Part shown: positions 23,227 through 36,400 of the stretch, piece after piece
Numbering within the stretch: position 1 is the stretch's first letter
Layout: each line of letters opens with the position of its first letter
Assembly: GCA_040285825.1 (NCBI GenBank)
Contig: JAUPSS010000014.1
Span: forward strand, 314,337 to 378,336
Direction: 5' to 3'
DNA: 64,000 nt
DNA from: Eukaryota sp. TZLM1-RC
Lineage: Eukaryota; Protista; Metamonada: BaSk clade
Notes under the pieces: generated by a model
The model's database searches: none
Seen by the model: the letters and a program-made list of their open reading frames with translations, nothing else
What the model was told of the DNA's origin: nothing
Made by a program: the position numbers and the translations under genes

Positions 23227-24396
23227 ATGGTAAAGAAAAACAAGGCCAAGGCTTCCTCCAAGGCATCCATATCAAGTCCTACAGCACAGTCCAAGTCTGG
23301 CACCTGTTGCACAACTAGTACTGACCTATTCAAACATCTTCCTGCTTTCTACTCTGTTACCTCAAGCTCACTCAAGCAGACATTTGATTTAAATACAATA
23401 CATCCAGCAATTCAGAAAGTAGGTTTGAAGACTTCAAACAAACTACTGAATCGAGGAAGATCGAGGTCTATCGCCATGTTAGAAGCTTTCCAGCAACTCA
23501 TTAGTGATCACAAGGTGGATCCTCAACAAACCTTAATGTCATCTCTGCTCAAGTCCATAACCCTATCTGAAAGATTCCTTGATAAATGTAGACCTCTGGC
23601 TCCTGCCCAACTTTCTATCTTGCAATACCTCAAGCTCTACATGTCCAGTCTTCCTCAAGATGAAGAATCGTCAAGAGCGAAGCTTATCGAGTATTGCACA
23701 CATTTTATTGATACACGGATCCACGTGGCTTCTGATCTGATTGGCGAACACATACGGTCAAAATTAACCCAAGATGATGTGATTTTGACCTATGGAGCCT
23801 CAACAACCGTTCTATCTGCTCTCATTTCTGCTTCTAGAATGACCAAGTTCAAGGTCATAGTGGTTGACTCAAGACCTGATGAAGAAGGTTTTCGTGCAGT
23901 GGAACGCTTAACAAAGGAAGGAATCGAAACCACCTTTTGCTTACTAACTGGACTTTCTTTCGTTATCTCCAAGGTGACAAAGGTCATTTTGGGAGTTTCA
24001 GCAATGCTTTCCAATGGTTCGGCATTTGGTCTATGTGGTACGGCCACTGTGGCTCTCACTGCTCATGCTTCAAACATCCCTGTTGTTGTGGTTTGCGAAA
24101 CCTATCGTTTTATTGAACATTGCCAGTTAGACTCTGTCACCTGGAACGAACTTGGTGATCCTCATGATTTGGTAGTTGCAGATGTACCACGGCCTTTATC
24201 ATCAACGCGACCAAGCGAAGTAACAGAGGGTAATATAGGGGGATTTGCCACTAATGATAATCTTGACATTCTCAACTTAGTTTATGACGTTACTCCAATC
24301 CATTACATTGATGTTATAGTTTCGGAATGGGGTTATATCCCCCCAACGGCTGTCCCATTAGTTTTAAGGGAGTTTAAAGAGTCGGCGATATTTTGA
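23227..24396 (+). CDS. EIF2B4: Translation initiation factor eIF2B subunit delta
   Basis: LFKHLP, IHPAI, VILTYG, VIVVDSRP..EG, AMLSNG, VVVVCETYRF, QLDSVTWNELGDP, LNLVYDVTP, IPPTAVP. Confidence 0.93.
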   Translation: MVKKNKAKASSKASISSPTAQSKSGTCCTTSTDLFKHLPAFYSVTSSSLKQTFDLNTIHPAIQKVGLKTSNKLLNRGRSRSIAMLEAFQQLISDHKVDPQQTLMSSLLKSITLSERFLDKCRPLAPAQLSILQYLKLYMSSLPQDEESSRAKLIEYCTHFIDTRIHVASDLIGEHIRSKLTQDDVILTYGASTTVLSALISASRMTKFKVIVVDSRPDEEGFRAVERLTKEGIETTFCLLTGLSFVISKVTKVILGVSAMLSNGSAFGLCGTATVALTAHASNIPVVVVCETYRFIEHCQLDSVTWNELGDPHDLVVADVPRPLSSTRPSEVTEGNIGGFATNDNLDILNLVYDVTPIHYIDVIVSEWGYIPPTAVPLVLREFKESAIF

Positions 24397-24813
24397 TAAT
24401 AAAAATGATAGTTTGTGTTGTTGTTGTTTTTGGTTGTTGTTTTTGGTTGTTTTTGCAAATCATTCGCAACAAGTTCAAAAGAAAAAATCGCTAAAAAATC
24501 TTATAAATAATGCCCACTCTGCTGCTCAATCCTCATGAACGACACCAAGTATTCCAATAATTTATTTTCAATAAGCAAAACCAATAATAATTTTGAAGCA
24601 GGAAGAAGCTGACGTTGGCCTATAGCCTTATTTAGTGAGTTATAGTTATAGTTGATAAACAGCCGTTGGGTTGAAAGCATATGGATTGATGAACATCTGT
24701 TCTCGTTTGTACTACTCTTTTTTTTGTGCACATAACCCAACACTAAATTTGAAATGATATAGAACGTTGACTGTAAAGTTGATGATATACTCCAGGTTAC
24801 ATCTCCCTGATAG

Positions 24814-25443
24814 TTGCTGATGACCATCAAAGGATTCCTTTATGACAAATTCATGTCTTTGTTTGAAAGGAAGCTTGGACGTGCCCTACGATCTCAACTA
24901 TGTGATGGTATTTCCGGCAGAGTACTCGACATTGGTTCTGGTACCGGGGCAAACTTACCTTATATCAAAAAGTCTGCTGATCAGAAGGGTGATTTTGTTG
25001 AAGTCGTTTCTGTTGACCCTTCATCATCTTTTAATTCTGTCTCAGAAAAACGTGCTGCTGATCTAGGTCTGCATCACACAATAGTTGAGACCATGTTCGA
25101 GGAATATTCCAGTTCACAACCATTTGATTATATAATTTCTTCTCTAACAATGTGTTCTTGTGCGGATTTAGAAAGGTACACTCTCAACGCCCTTTCGCTA
25201 CTCAAACCTGGCGGAGAGTTTAGATTTCTTGAACACACCTATTCTTATCGTCCTTTGTTACGATATTTGCAAACAGTTATAGACAAAATTACCCATTTCC
25301 TCACCCAAAAGCCAGGTCACCTCACACGTCCAATTGTTGAAACAATTGAATCAAGTTTTCCTCTATGTACAATTTTAGAAGAGCGGAATACAGTTTTCCC
25401 CATTTGTAGATTTGTACTGGGTGTTGGTAAAAGCAGTTTCTAA
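24814..25443 (+). CDS. Class I SAM-dependent methyltransferase (METTL7-like); true start uncertain, possible upstream exons
   Basis: VLDIGSGTGANL, FDYIISSLTMCS, LLKPGGEFRFLEH, HLTR. Confidence 0.85.
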   Translation: MLMTIKGFLYDKFMSLFERKLGRALRSQLCDGISGRVLDIGSGTGANLPYIKKSADQKGDFVEVVSVDPSSSFNSVSEKRAADLGLHHTIVETMFEEYSSSQPFDYIISSLTMCSCADLERYTLNALSLLKPGGEFRFLEHTYSYRPLLRYLQTVIDKITHFLTQKPGHLTRPIVETIESSFPLCTILEERNTVFPICRFVLGVGKSSF

Positions 25444-25599
25444 ATTGTAATAATATGGGTTTATTCTACATCGATTTGTTCTACGATTTTTGAGGATGTG
25501 AATTGCCACATTTAAACTTTCCATGTTTCTTTATGGTAATATTTCATTTTTGTCTTGGAGTCCACGTGTTGAATGAAGATATTGGAATTTGAACTGAAA

Positions 25600-25965
25600 T
25601 TGTGAAATAACGACAATGATTACTTTAGAGGTAATGAAAAGGAAGTATAATCAAATTTTATTTCAAGAAACTGTATGAGCTTTAAACAAAAGAATGTGGC
25701 ATAATTTTAATAGTCGAATTAATGCTGATTATTAAATCTCAGACGGTGATTGGCAGTTTCAGCCAGGTTGTTTTTGAATATCGAAGCTGGGAACAACAAA
25801 AACACATGAAATTCAAAGAACCTGCCAAAAGAACAGATTTGAGAATTGTTTTTCAAAAGGATGGTTATAAGGCGGCACTCAGTGTGTTGGCCGTGACGGA
25901 AGCATATGTAGGTAGTGGAGATTGTTCAATATTCGTGCAAAGAGTCAGAATCAAAAGTTGACTCA
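25600..25965 (+). mobile_element. Fanzor1 remnant with an internal deletion (same lineage as 56.2 kb)
   Basis: VIGSFSQVV..WEQQKHMKFKEPAKRTDLRIVFQKDGYK is joined directly to the C-terminal AALSVLAVTEAYVGSGD..VQR; aligns with 56846-56972 and 57155-57230. Confidence 0.75.
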
Positions 25966-26198
25966 TAATCAATAAAAAAATTAACAAAAATTAAAATAAT
26001 CAAAATAAAATAATTAATCACACTTGAGCGAATTCAATTGAGTGGTCAAACTTTGGCATTTGATACAATTGTGGAAATTAACAATCAATTTGAAATTGCA
26101 ATCAGCATGGCAGACATCGTATCTGACAGAATGAAGGAAATATCTTCCAAAACAATCAATTCCTGTTCATTAGTGTAATAGGGACGACTCTTATTTCA

Positions 26199-27458
26199 TT
26201 GTTGTCAACAATATTTGTAAGAATGGGACAACGGTTCTCCATCCCTAGAACACAGTCCCTTGTCCATCAATCTCTTCCTGAGATCACTTATCCACGATCC
26301 CACTTTCACTCCCTACATCTCAATCAGCATCTCAAATTCATCGTGTTAGTACAACTTGCTAGACTCATTATCCCGTCAGATTCTGGCTATCTTCACGAGC
26401 TTGGTCTTTTTCGATTTCTTTCAAAGACGATTTCTGTAAGCAAACAATGTAGGAACATGGCTTTTCAGTCTTTGAACTCTCTCCAACTTCATTTTTCTCA
26501 GTCATTTTCGCCATCTTTTGTAATATCTAATCTTGTTAATTCTCAAGAAATCTCATTTACAATTGATTATTTGCCTTTGGAATTTAGTACCAGTTCCCTC
26601 AATAAAGCGTGTCATTTGTCAATTAATTCTTGTTATTTTGAATGGAATTTCCTGAATTTATTCCCTAATCTAAAGTCGTTGATTATAGAAACTAATCACA
26701 ATTTGATTTTTGACCTACCTTCTGGCCTCGAGTCTTTGGAAGTCAATGGACTATTGCCCTGTAGTCCACTTTGCGATTTCACCAATTTACCTAATTCAAT
26801 TAAATCAATCACGCTTTTTAGAATCAAAAATGTTGTTGGTTTTGATTATCTATCAAATTTGCATTCATTATGTTTGAAGAATGTAGCCAAGATTGATGTA
26901 TCTAATTTTTCTTTATTTTTAAAGTTGAAAACCTTGCAAATTCACCAATGTTTATTTACTGATTTGTATTTATCAAATTCTCAATTGGAATCATTGACTT
27001 TGGTTGACCTTCCATTTTTGGAATATTTGATGGTCGACTCTAGGATTGAAATTTTGATGTTGTCACATTGTCCATCTTTGGGTAAAGATTTCCACTTCTC
27101 TAATTCTAAAAATGTATCTTCACTGTTTACATCTCATTTGTTGATGTTTAATTATTTTTCAAATCATTTTGTCAAAAAATTGACATTGTCAGACATGATT
27201 TTTGACGCTTTTCCTTCTGTACCTGAGTCGACAATAGTTTTAAATATTCAAACTTGTCATGTCAAGCAGTTTGACATGATCTCTTCTATTGTTGAACTTG
27301 GAATTTTTGAATCTTTTATACCCTTTCAAGAATTACAATTATCATTTCCAAATACATTGGTTATAAATTGTAATGATGAGTTATATGAAACATTATTGAT
27401 TTATTTTCCAAAAGAAAAACTAAATGTAATTTCATCATACTTGTCATTGAAAATTTAA
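26199..27458 (+). CDS. Leucine-rich repeat protein; start uncertain, possible upstream exon from ATG 26107
   Basis: Repeated LxxLxL units (FPNLKSLII, LPSGLESLEV, LSNLHSLCL, LKLKTLQI, QLESLTL). Confidence 0.7.
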   Translation: MLSTIFVRMGQRFSIPRTQSLVHQSLPEITYPRSHFHSLHLNQHLKFIVLVQLARLIIPSDSGYLHELGLFRFLSKTISVSKQCRNMAFQSLNSLQLHFSQSFSPSFVISNLVNSQEISFTIDYLPLEFSTSSLNKACHLSINSCYFEWNFLNLFPNLKSLIIETNHNLIFDLPSGLESLEVNGLLPCSPLCDFTNLPNSIKSITLFRIKNVVGFDYLSNLHSLCLKNVAKIDVSNFSLFLKLKTLQIHQCLFTDLYLSNSQLESLTLVDLPFLEYLMVDSRIEILMLSHCPSLGKDFHFSNSKNVSSLFTSHLLMFNYFSNHFVKKLTLSDMIFDAFPSVPESTIVLNIQTCHVKQFDMISSIVELGIFESFIPFQELQLSFPNTLVINCNDELYETLLIYFPKEKLNVISSYLSLKI

Positions 27459-27485
27459 AAAATTCATTAATTTTTTTAATAATAG

Positions 27486-30400
27486 CTAAATATAAGGACC
27501 ATAGCCTTCAAAAGTTCTAAAAATCAAATTTTCGTCACATGCCAGTTCAATCAATTCATCAACTTGATTACTGACATCCAAAATATCGTCATCATCCCAA
27601 TCAACTATAATTGAATTGATTGCAGTTGCAGTTCCTTTCAACCTGCCAAATTCAGACATTTTTAATTTTTTTGCTGGATTAAATAGGTCAAATGCTTTTT
27701 TAATTAAAATTTTTGGACTTTTTCCTAATAATTTCTGGATAGCAAAATCAATTCTGGACGAAATTATTTCTGATTCAGAAAGTCTGCAACCATAAGAATT
27801 TATCAAAGTATTGGCTTGTTGTTTGAAGTCACTCAATGAACTATATTTTAAAGATTCAAATAATGGCATAATTAATAATAAAGAAGACCGTAAAGCTTTT
27901 AGAGCGTCTGAAAGCCCTCTTTTTGTATAACCAATGGGATCTAATGGTTTGAAGACATTTTGGAAACTTTGGGTGAACCTAAAAGGGATCACTTCTGGAA
28001 TCGGGACTGACATTGATATATCAAATGACTGACCAAAATCAATCAAACATAAATGACCAGTCGACTTTTGATAAAGATAGTTGCCTAGGTGTCTGTCTCC
28101 CAATCCTAGGATATAACCAACTGCGGCAGAACTCACTACGTCTGATCTAAATTGGGTCAATTGTTTTAAAAATTCAAAAGAATTTCCTGAATTTTGCTCA
28201 ATTAAATCTCTAAATAAATTTTTGGGAACCATATTTTTAGTTTCGTCAGCCAATTCTAATACCTTCTCCCTTGTCATTGCTCTGCTTGGTGATGAATAGG
28301 CCTTTTTATAATGATTCTTAGCTCTGGTAGCACCTTGTAATGCACTATTATCATTTAAAACTACTGAAGTTAGAGGTTCAGTATCTGGAATAAAAGTAAT
28401 CAGACTAAAGTAATTTGTTAAAGGAATAACATCATATTGCACAATCTTAAATCTTTCTAAAGATTGAGACTGAAAAGCCAGGTTACAGGAGGTAAAAAAA
28501 CGCTGAACATGCTGGTCCAATCTCAGGTCCTCTCCACCTTTGAAAATCAATTGGACTGAATGACCATTGGACATAATTAAAGATAACCGACAGGGTTTTC
28601 TGATCGATTGAAGGAATTGAATATTTGTGGAAATGCCAACAATCGACAATGACGAATTGGGATCAAACGAAATATTTGAAAAATTAAAATCGTCCAAAAT
28701 TTTAGAAAAATCAGATAATCTGCGCTTTGAATTATTCATAAATTGCCTGAATTCTGAGGTTTGAGTCATTTCAGTTGCAATCTGCTTCCTTTTGGCTGGA
28801 TATTTGAAAAATTCCTTGATTGAGGATGCATTCTTCTTTGCAAATTTACTATTGTATCCTCTCAATTTATGTCTTTCATCCTGAAAATCTTGCATTAAAA
28901 CTGATATTAGATCAGAATTAGAAGCAGCATCTTTAAACCTTAGTTCAGGGAGAATCAAGAACCTGAATTGTGTAACAAAGGTACTAACTTTAGATTCAAA
29001 TAAATCATCAATCCAATCAGAAATGAGACTCATTGAAAGTTCATCTTTATAAGGATGTAGAGATATTATAGTGAAATTTTTGTCAGTACTGACTAATTTT
29101 TCTAGTAAAAGTCGGGACAAATTTTGCTGTTCTGAATTGAAAATAGCAACAATAGAATGCATGAAATTTCTAAAATAGAGGTGGCTAATTGAAGGTAAAT
29201 ATGAAATAAATAATTCAACAATTTCTGTGTTTGATGTCATGTAGTCAAGAATTAAGGGAAACCATGCAGAAATTTTGACGAAATTTTGAGTATCTGAAGG
29301 TGAAATTTTTACTGCAATACGACAAATGGTATCAACTAACTTTTGGTAATCACCAATTTGATTGAATAAAAGAGCCAATTTCAAATGAATATTTACTAAT
29401 CTGTCGTTCTCTAGATGTGACAAGCGTAAATTTTGGAGCTCTTCGATCAAAAGAGATTGATTTGATTGTGACATTGAGCCTGAATCACTCAGTGTTTGGG
29501 TTAGTTCCAATCTAATATAATCAAAATTTAAAAAACTTGATTTCAAAAAAGTAGAATCTGTAACTGAACTGAAATCTGTCTGTAATAGAGATTGACACGT
29601 GGAAATTTTTGATTGATCTCTATTCGTCAACATTACAAATATGTCTTTTAATAATGGGATTTGATCCATAAAGTTGGATAATTGATCGTGAACAAGTTCC
29701 CGAATTCCAGGAAAACTTGATGAAAATTTCAAACACTTGAGTAATATAGATATACAAAAATCATTGACATGGAACTCGGTCAAAAATTTGGGATTATGAG
29801 TGACAATTAGACATCTAATCAGTGAATCTCGAACATTACTGATATCATCCGAATCCCTTCTTTCTTGTAGCCAGGAATTCAAAAGAGTCATAACGTCATC
29901 AGATGACGTGATTTGATTGTAATCCAGAACGTCCACCAAAGGTCCAAGTGAGGTTACATTACGCAACACAGGTTCAATTGCATAGCAGTGCTCCAAAGAA
30001 GGTACAGATTGAGAAATTAATTTGATAACAGAAGAAATTGTACTAGAGAAATCCTTGCAAACAATATTAGAAACTATACTCCAATAAGGCAGTTTTCTGT
30101 TAATAAGTGACTCAGAAATGTCCAAAAATGACTGTGAATCACGGTCAATCACGTCATTAACACGTTTAATCATGTTATAATCAACATCACTGATTGAAAA
30201 ACTTCCAAAAATAGCGGAATTGATCATTGAAGGGGTTAAAAACCTATTTTTTGGGGGTCTGAATACATTATCGACCTCTACAATTTCCAAAACACCTTCC
30301 CAATCACCCAGCATCACTAGTGAACGATACAGTCCTTCTTCGAATACCAAAGTAAAAGAAGTGGCAAAATCATCTACTGGAAGGGTTTCCAAGGTATTGA

Positions 30401-33400
30401 TGCAGGTTGAGTAATGATCCTCTGCAGATTCAAAGTCAAAATTTAACTCACTGACAAGCGCATTGACACCTGTCTTGAGCTCGTCATGTTGACACAAAGA
30501 GATCAATGACAACATGGCAGTTTCAGCTTCCATTTTTAAATTTAATTCTTTATAAAGAGGGATTAATCGGGATAAGTAAATTGCTGAATATCGAGGATAA
30601 GATTCATTCAATGACAATGCTTCCAAAAGTCGAATCAAGGGCTGGATTAAATCAAATGTTAGTGCTTCTGATACAAAAGTGTCCAAGTAATATGAACATA
30701 AATTCTGATGCAAGTCATGGTGGAAATGATTGGCGAAAAGTGGTAAAATTTCAAATATTGGAAGCAAAACAGACTTATCCTTGACAGAATGAGCTAGGGA
30801 GAGTATATTTAGAATACAAGCTGAGGAATTTCCCATAAAGAAAGGTAGAATAGAGCACAAAAATGCTCTGAACAAACTTTGAGTCAGTGACTCGTCATTG
30901 AAGGACAAGTAAAGCAAGGGTTCAACTAAATCTTTGGTACTCAAATCTAGATCCACAAACTCACCAGTTCTGTAGCTTTTACGAAGGACTCCCTGAGAAT
31001 CTGTTCGAACCTTTCTACTTAAAAGACTCTTATCAAAACCCGGAGTAAATCGTTTTCTAGGAGCTTTTGGCTTGTCTTCTTGAGATTTCTCCAAAATTTT
31101 AAATTTTTGCAGTACAGCTGGCAGGTTGTCAGCACTAACAAGTGATTCATATTCGTCGAAAGTACCACCAATTTCGGTTGTGAGAGTAGAGAAAAACTGA
31201 GAAAAAAAGGTCAGACCAGTTATAGAGGCAGTTTCGAGGTTGATTTTTTTTGAGGTATATGATCCTTCAATGGCATTTGAAATGCGTACGACTGGGATGG
31301 CATCAATCAAAAGGGAGTTAAAAACTGGCAGCACAAGAGACCTTGAAGTATGAAAAACATTGGTTTTGTGGATAGAGTCTAATAGATTGGAAAAACGGTA
31401 AATTAAATCACCTGGCAAATTAAAAGTTAATTGGGGTAAAATTAACTCAATATCATCAAGTTTTGGAACAAAGCAAATGATATAATTGAAAGCTAAATCT
31501 TTAAATTCCTGAGAAATTGACTCAGAATGTCTGATAAACGATAAAACTTTGGAATATTCAGTGTGAACATCACCATTGGCATTTTCCATTATGTTATCAA
31601 AATTCTGGAAGACCAAAGAAATTAAATCTTCGGTATACCGTGCGTCTTCTAACAGATTCAAGACTAATTTCAGAGCAGCTACTGTGCATTTAGTGTCAGA
31701 ACTGGTAAGTAAATGATTGAATTGAGGAATTACAGCGGTGATTAACATTTCTAATCTATAGAAATGAACAGTGGATAAAAGTAATAAAAGTGATTCTAAT
31801 AGTAAATGTTTGTCAATACCAGAGGTGGAGAGATTGATAAGATCAATAAATTGAGGCTCAAATTTTAACAGAAAATTAGAATCTTTTTTACCAATATTGA
31901 AAACAATTCTTAAAAACATATTATAATGTTGATCAACGAAAACTCCACGTGCTTGATTGACCACTGATGAGGTCAAGTTGTCGATTTCAGGGTCAGAAAT
32001 TCCCATAGAGGAAACCAAAACAGAGCCGATTGCTGATGCCGAATTTGAGTGAACATCCACTCGCGGAACACCCAGACTTTTTGCCAAAAACACAAATAAA
32101 TTAGACCATTTTGAGCACTTAGATTGGGACAAAGAATGATTGTAACCACTATCAAACAACAATTGAACCAAATTAGACGCCACATAGAGGGTGACTTCTT
32201 TTGACCGGTCTTTCATAGTCAAGCGACCTACACGTGATAGGTCAGAAACTCCTTTAAATCCTTGATTAAAGAGGTAGATACAAGAATCAAAATTGATATC
32301 AACAAGAGGTGCCCAAAAGGATAAAAATTTTCCAATAATTTCCAAATTATTCTTAATGACAGCGTAATTATGGGTGTTTTCTCGTACAAATCTTGATATT
32401 AATATTGCAATAAAACTTGATGCTAAGGAAGGATTATTTTTACCAAGATCAACAATACATTTTCCACTTTCTTGATTTGCCCAATCAATCAAAAGAAGGC
32501 AAGAATCACGAAGAAAATAATGAATTCCAGGAGATTTTAAAATTCTATCGTCCATGGTAGTTTCATCAATTAAGACTTGGATAATTGACTCTAAATAATG
32601 TTCAATAAAAGGAACAAAAAGAGACTGTCTGTTTAAAATTACCTTTAAAAAGAAAAGCCGAACTAATAATGAATACTGTGAACCTAATAGTTTCAGAATC
32701 GTTTTAAAAGGGCCAGCAAAATCTTTGAAGCTCTCCGGTAGCCAATCTAAAGCTGCCAAGACACAAGGCATAATCGTAATAGAATTAAAAAAATCTAATT
32801 CAAATTCACTCTCAAATTGATTATCTACAATGCTAACTGGTTGTGAAAAAGGAGTTACATTGGTACCGAATAAGTGATCCTGACTGCTTGACAAGGAAAG
32901 ACTAGACTCTGTAATCAAAGAATCATGAGTCGAGGTATCACGTTTACCTTCCGTTTCAAAGGTAGTTTCGACCTTGAAAACTGGCAAGTCTTCTGAATTC
33001 AAGAGAAATTCAGACCAAATAGGATGTTTTGCACTTGGACTCAGTACATAAGCATCCACTAGTTTTTCTTGCTTTTCTAACTTTGCCGTCGCTACCACAA
33101 TGTTTACTATACTGCAAAAAGCTGCTTGCCTAAAAGAAAAAAGACAATCCTTGATAAAATTAGCAATGTTGGAATCAAAGGATGAATCTTGAAGAAATGG
33201 TGGATTTCCTGTTACTCGTAAAGGTAAAAACTTTTGGATTAATTCCCTTCCAAGATTGGGATTGTTTAATTGTGTAGTTAATTCCTCTTTAAGGAAAATT
33301 TTATCTAATTTATGATAAAAATTGGAAATTAAATTGAGTGAAATGGACTTATTACTGTAAAATGAGCATAATTCAGCATAATTGTGATCTTTAAGAGCAC

Positions 33401-36400
33401 GGGATATGATGACGTCATCTGATGACGTGGCTATTTCAATGAGAACAGGAATGAGCTTGACTGCTACATCATTTAGAATCTGAGTGTTGATCAAGTTTGA
33501 TTTGAAGATAGGAAAAACAAAAGTATCGAAAAATATCCTTTTTGCTCTGTAAATGAATGAATTTTCAAAAAGAGTAGTAATTGAATTGAACAAAGAGATC
33601 AAGATGGATTCATCCTCCAAAATTTTGTCCATGACACTTTCTGACAACTTTTTAAACCTAGTGTTCCAATCAGAAGAAACATTTTCTTTAAATGAATACC
33701 AACCAAGAATAGATAATAACAAATCAATTGATTCCCTTAAACAATTTTCATTGACAACAATTAAGTTTGGTAAAATCCCAATCAAATAATCAAATCGCTC
33801 CAAGCAGGCAATGTACACCGCTGAAGAGGAGTCTTGAATGGTCAAGGGGTTGGCTGGCAAACTTTCGAGAAGGGGGGAAGCAAAGGTGTTTACAAGAGGT
33901 AAAGAAATAGCTTTAACTTTTGCAAAATTACAGATTAATTGAAAAGAATAAACTGCTTTTTCTGTTCTTCGACCACTAAACCTGGACTTTTGCATGAAAG
34001 ATGTGGAAATTTCAAGACACAAATCCAAAAATTCAGCGTCAATGTCAATTATTTGATGAGGAAATGCCTCCAAAAACGCCAACAAAGCACAGCTCAGGTC
34101 CAAAGATAAGGGATCATTTGAGCAATGAAAAATATTTTGTGAATATTCTCTGCAAAATTCGATTAATTTCCTAACAGAAACTGACGAAAATTTCATCAAA
34201 TATTTATGTGATCTTTTCAGATACGCCAAGACGGACACTAATAAGTTAGGATTAAGCTCCCAAATTTCAGGATTATTTAAACTTTTTTCAATTAAAAAGA
34301 CACAAAATTCATTAAAAAACTGATCCACAACCAAAGAGCCCAGAGCTTTTGGGGAGTTATCTGTATCAACCCTTTTTAGCTCTTTTAAGACTGAATCTGG
34401 AGGGGTAATTAAAAGGTAAACTATACACATTTGAGAACTTAATTCTGTTTTAGAGTTTGGGTTTTCCGGTATTTTTAAAATTTGGGAAAAACAACAAACC
34501 CTGAGAGTTTCGAGGTGTGATGGGTCAAAATATGCCATCTGATCACGTGTCTGATCACGTGTCAGTAGTTGAATTAAGAGCGCAAAAAGGCGAGAAAGAA
34601 CAATTTCGTCACTCTTGTCGGAACCAATTTTTGAAATAACTCGTTGAGATAAAGTACTAAATGCAGATTGCAATTCATTAACAAACTGATACTTTGAAAG
34701 AAAAGTCCCCAAAGTATAACTCAAACGCTCAAAATATCGGTCCAAAATAAATGGAGGAATTCCTAAATGATCCAGACGTGACACTATTGTTTCAACCAAG
34801 TTATGTAGTGGCGAAGAAAAAGTTTTGGACTGACAAATGTGAGAAAATCGAAGAATTTCTATTAAAGTCAAGACATATTTTACAATGTCAACCCCAGATT
34901 CAGACTGTTCCATTGGATTAAAAAGTCCAATTAGATTAATACCAGGCTCTGCGGATTCAAATAATGAATTAGAAGTATTATCAACCAAGTCATGAGAAGT
35001 CAACCATCTTGCCAAGTACAGTTTGCCTAAAAGAGTTTCCAAAAAAGAATTATTGACAACTTCCGGAATTTCTAACCGCTTGTATGCAGTAAGAGACAGT
35101 TGATTATGAATATCAGAATGATTTTTGAACCACGCCTGGATATTAACTGTACCCTTGAAATTTTCACCTTGTCTATTGATTAAAGGTAGCAGAACAGACA
35201 TTATTCGGAGAACTTCCTTCAAATACCTAAACTTTGAAGTAGAAATTGATTCCAAAAACCGTAAACAAAACGCATTTAAATTATCAAAATCAACTCTATC
35301 AGAGTTGCTCTCGCTCAATTCAAAACAATGTTTCTCAGTAATTTTCAAAAAGACTTTAATACCATCAAATAATGATTGAACATGCTCATCAGGATCGTCA
35401 TGTAACATTTTCAACAAACTTCCAAAAAACGTCAATGAAAACTTAGAGGAAAGTTCCGAATTAGACATGAAAATTCTGTAAAAGGCTACATTTGAGACCC
35501 CAGGATTGAATAGAAACAAATCAATTACTCCCAATCTTTTCTTTAAATCAGGATCTCTTGATAGACCAATCAAAGGGGTGAAGAAGAGATCATAAAGTCG
35601 AACAAGGTCCAAATTTTCAGTCTTGGCTTGTCGAACTAAGTAGAATAGTTGAGCTGACAACACGGCAGCTGCAAAATTTCGTAAAGATGCATTTTGTTGA
35701 TCTGAAAGTGCTTCAATGACAACTTCTATAAACGTGGGCAATTCTTTACAATATTCACGGTTAATTTGAATATAAATTAATAATCTGCCAAATTGAATGG
35801 CTAAATCCCTAAACAATTGACGTGCAACAGTGTCCCCAGATGAAGCTAAAAATAGAATTTTTGGGAGAATGAACCGTAAAGAATCCGAATGATCAGAAGA
35901 CGGGCTAAACGAATTAACAATTAAAGAGCACAATCTGACAGTAATGGAATGTAGGCACTCAAAGGCGGAAATTCTGGTTTTCTTATCTTTAGAATCAGCG
36001 AGTCTCAATATATGAGGTACAATTGGGCTGAAATCAATGGAAACTTCACCAGAAGTAGACGAAAACTGTATAGGAAACTCAAATATTACTGATTTCTTAT
36101 CTTCAATTATTGAAAAAAACCGAGTTAGCTTTACTAAAATATTCGCCACCAGTGATTGTACATTAAAAGTATTCGTAACAGGAAAATCAAACCTAACTAG
36201 GGGGTACTGTCCGTATATAGGAACATTGGCAAAGTTGAATACCAAATCTTTATCAACAGCTTGAGACAACAATCTTTGTGCTTTTGAAAATAAGGAAAAA
36301 GCAATTGGTGAGAGAACTTTGGGGTTGAACTTTAGAAAAACTTGGTATAAAAGTTTTAAATTGTAATAAATAGAAGTCAGATACTGAACTGGAAACGATA

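Noticed and set aside
34539-34564. 12-bp tandem duplication ctgatcacgtgt in PRKDC
   Set aside because: In-frame micro-duplication (TRDQTRDQ) with no sign of mobility.
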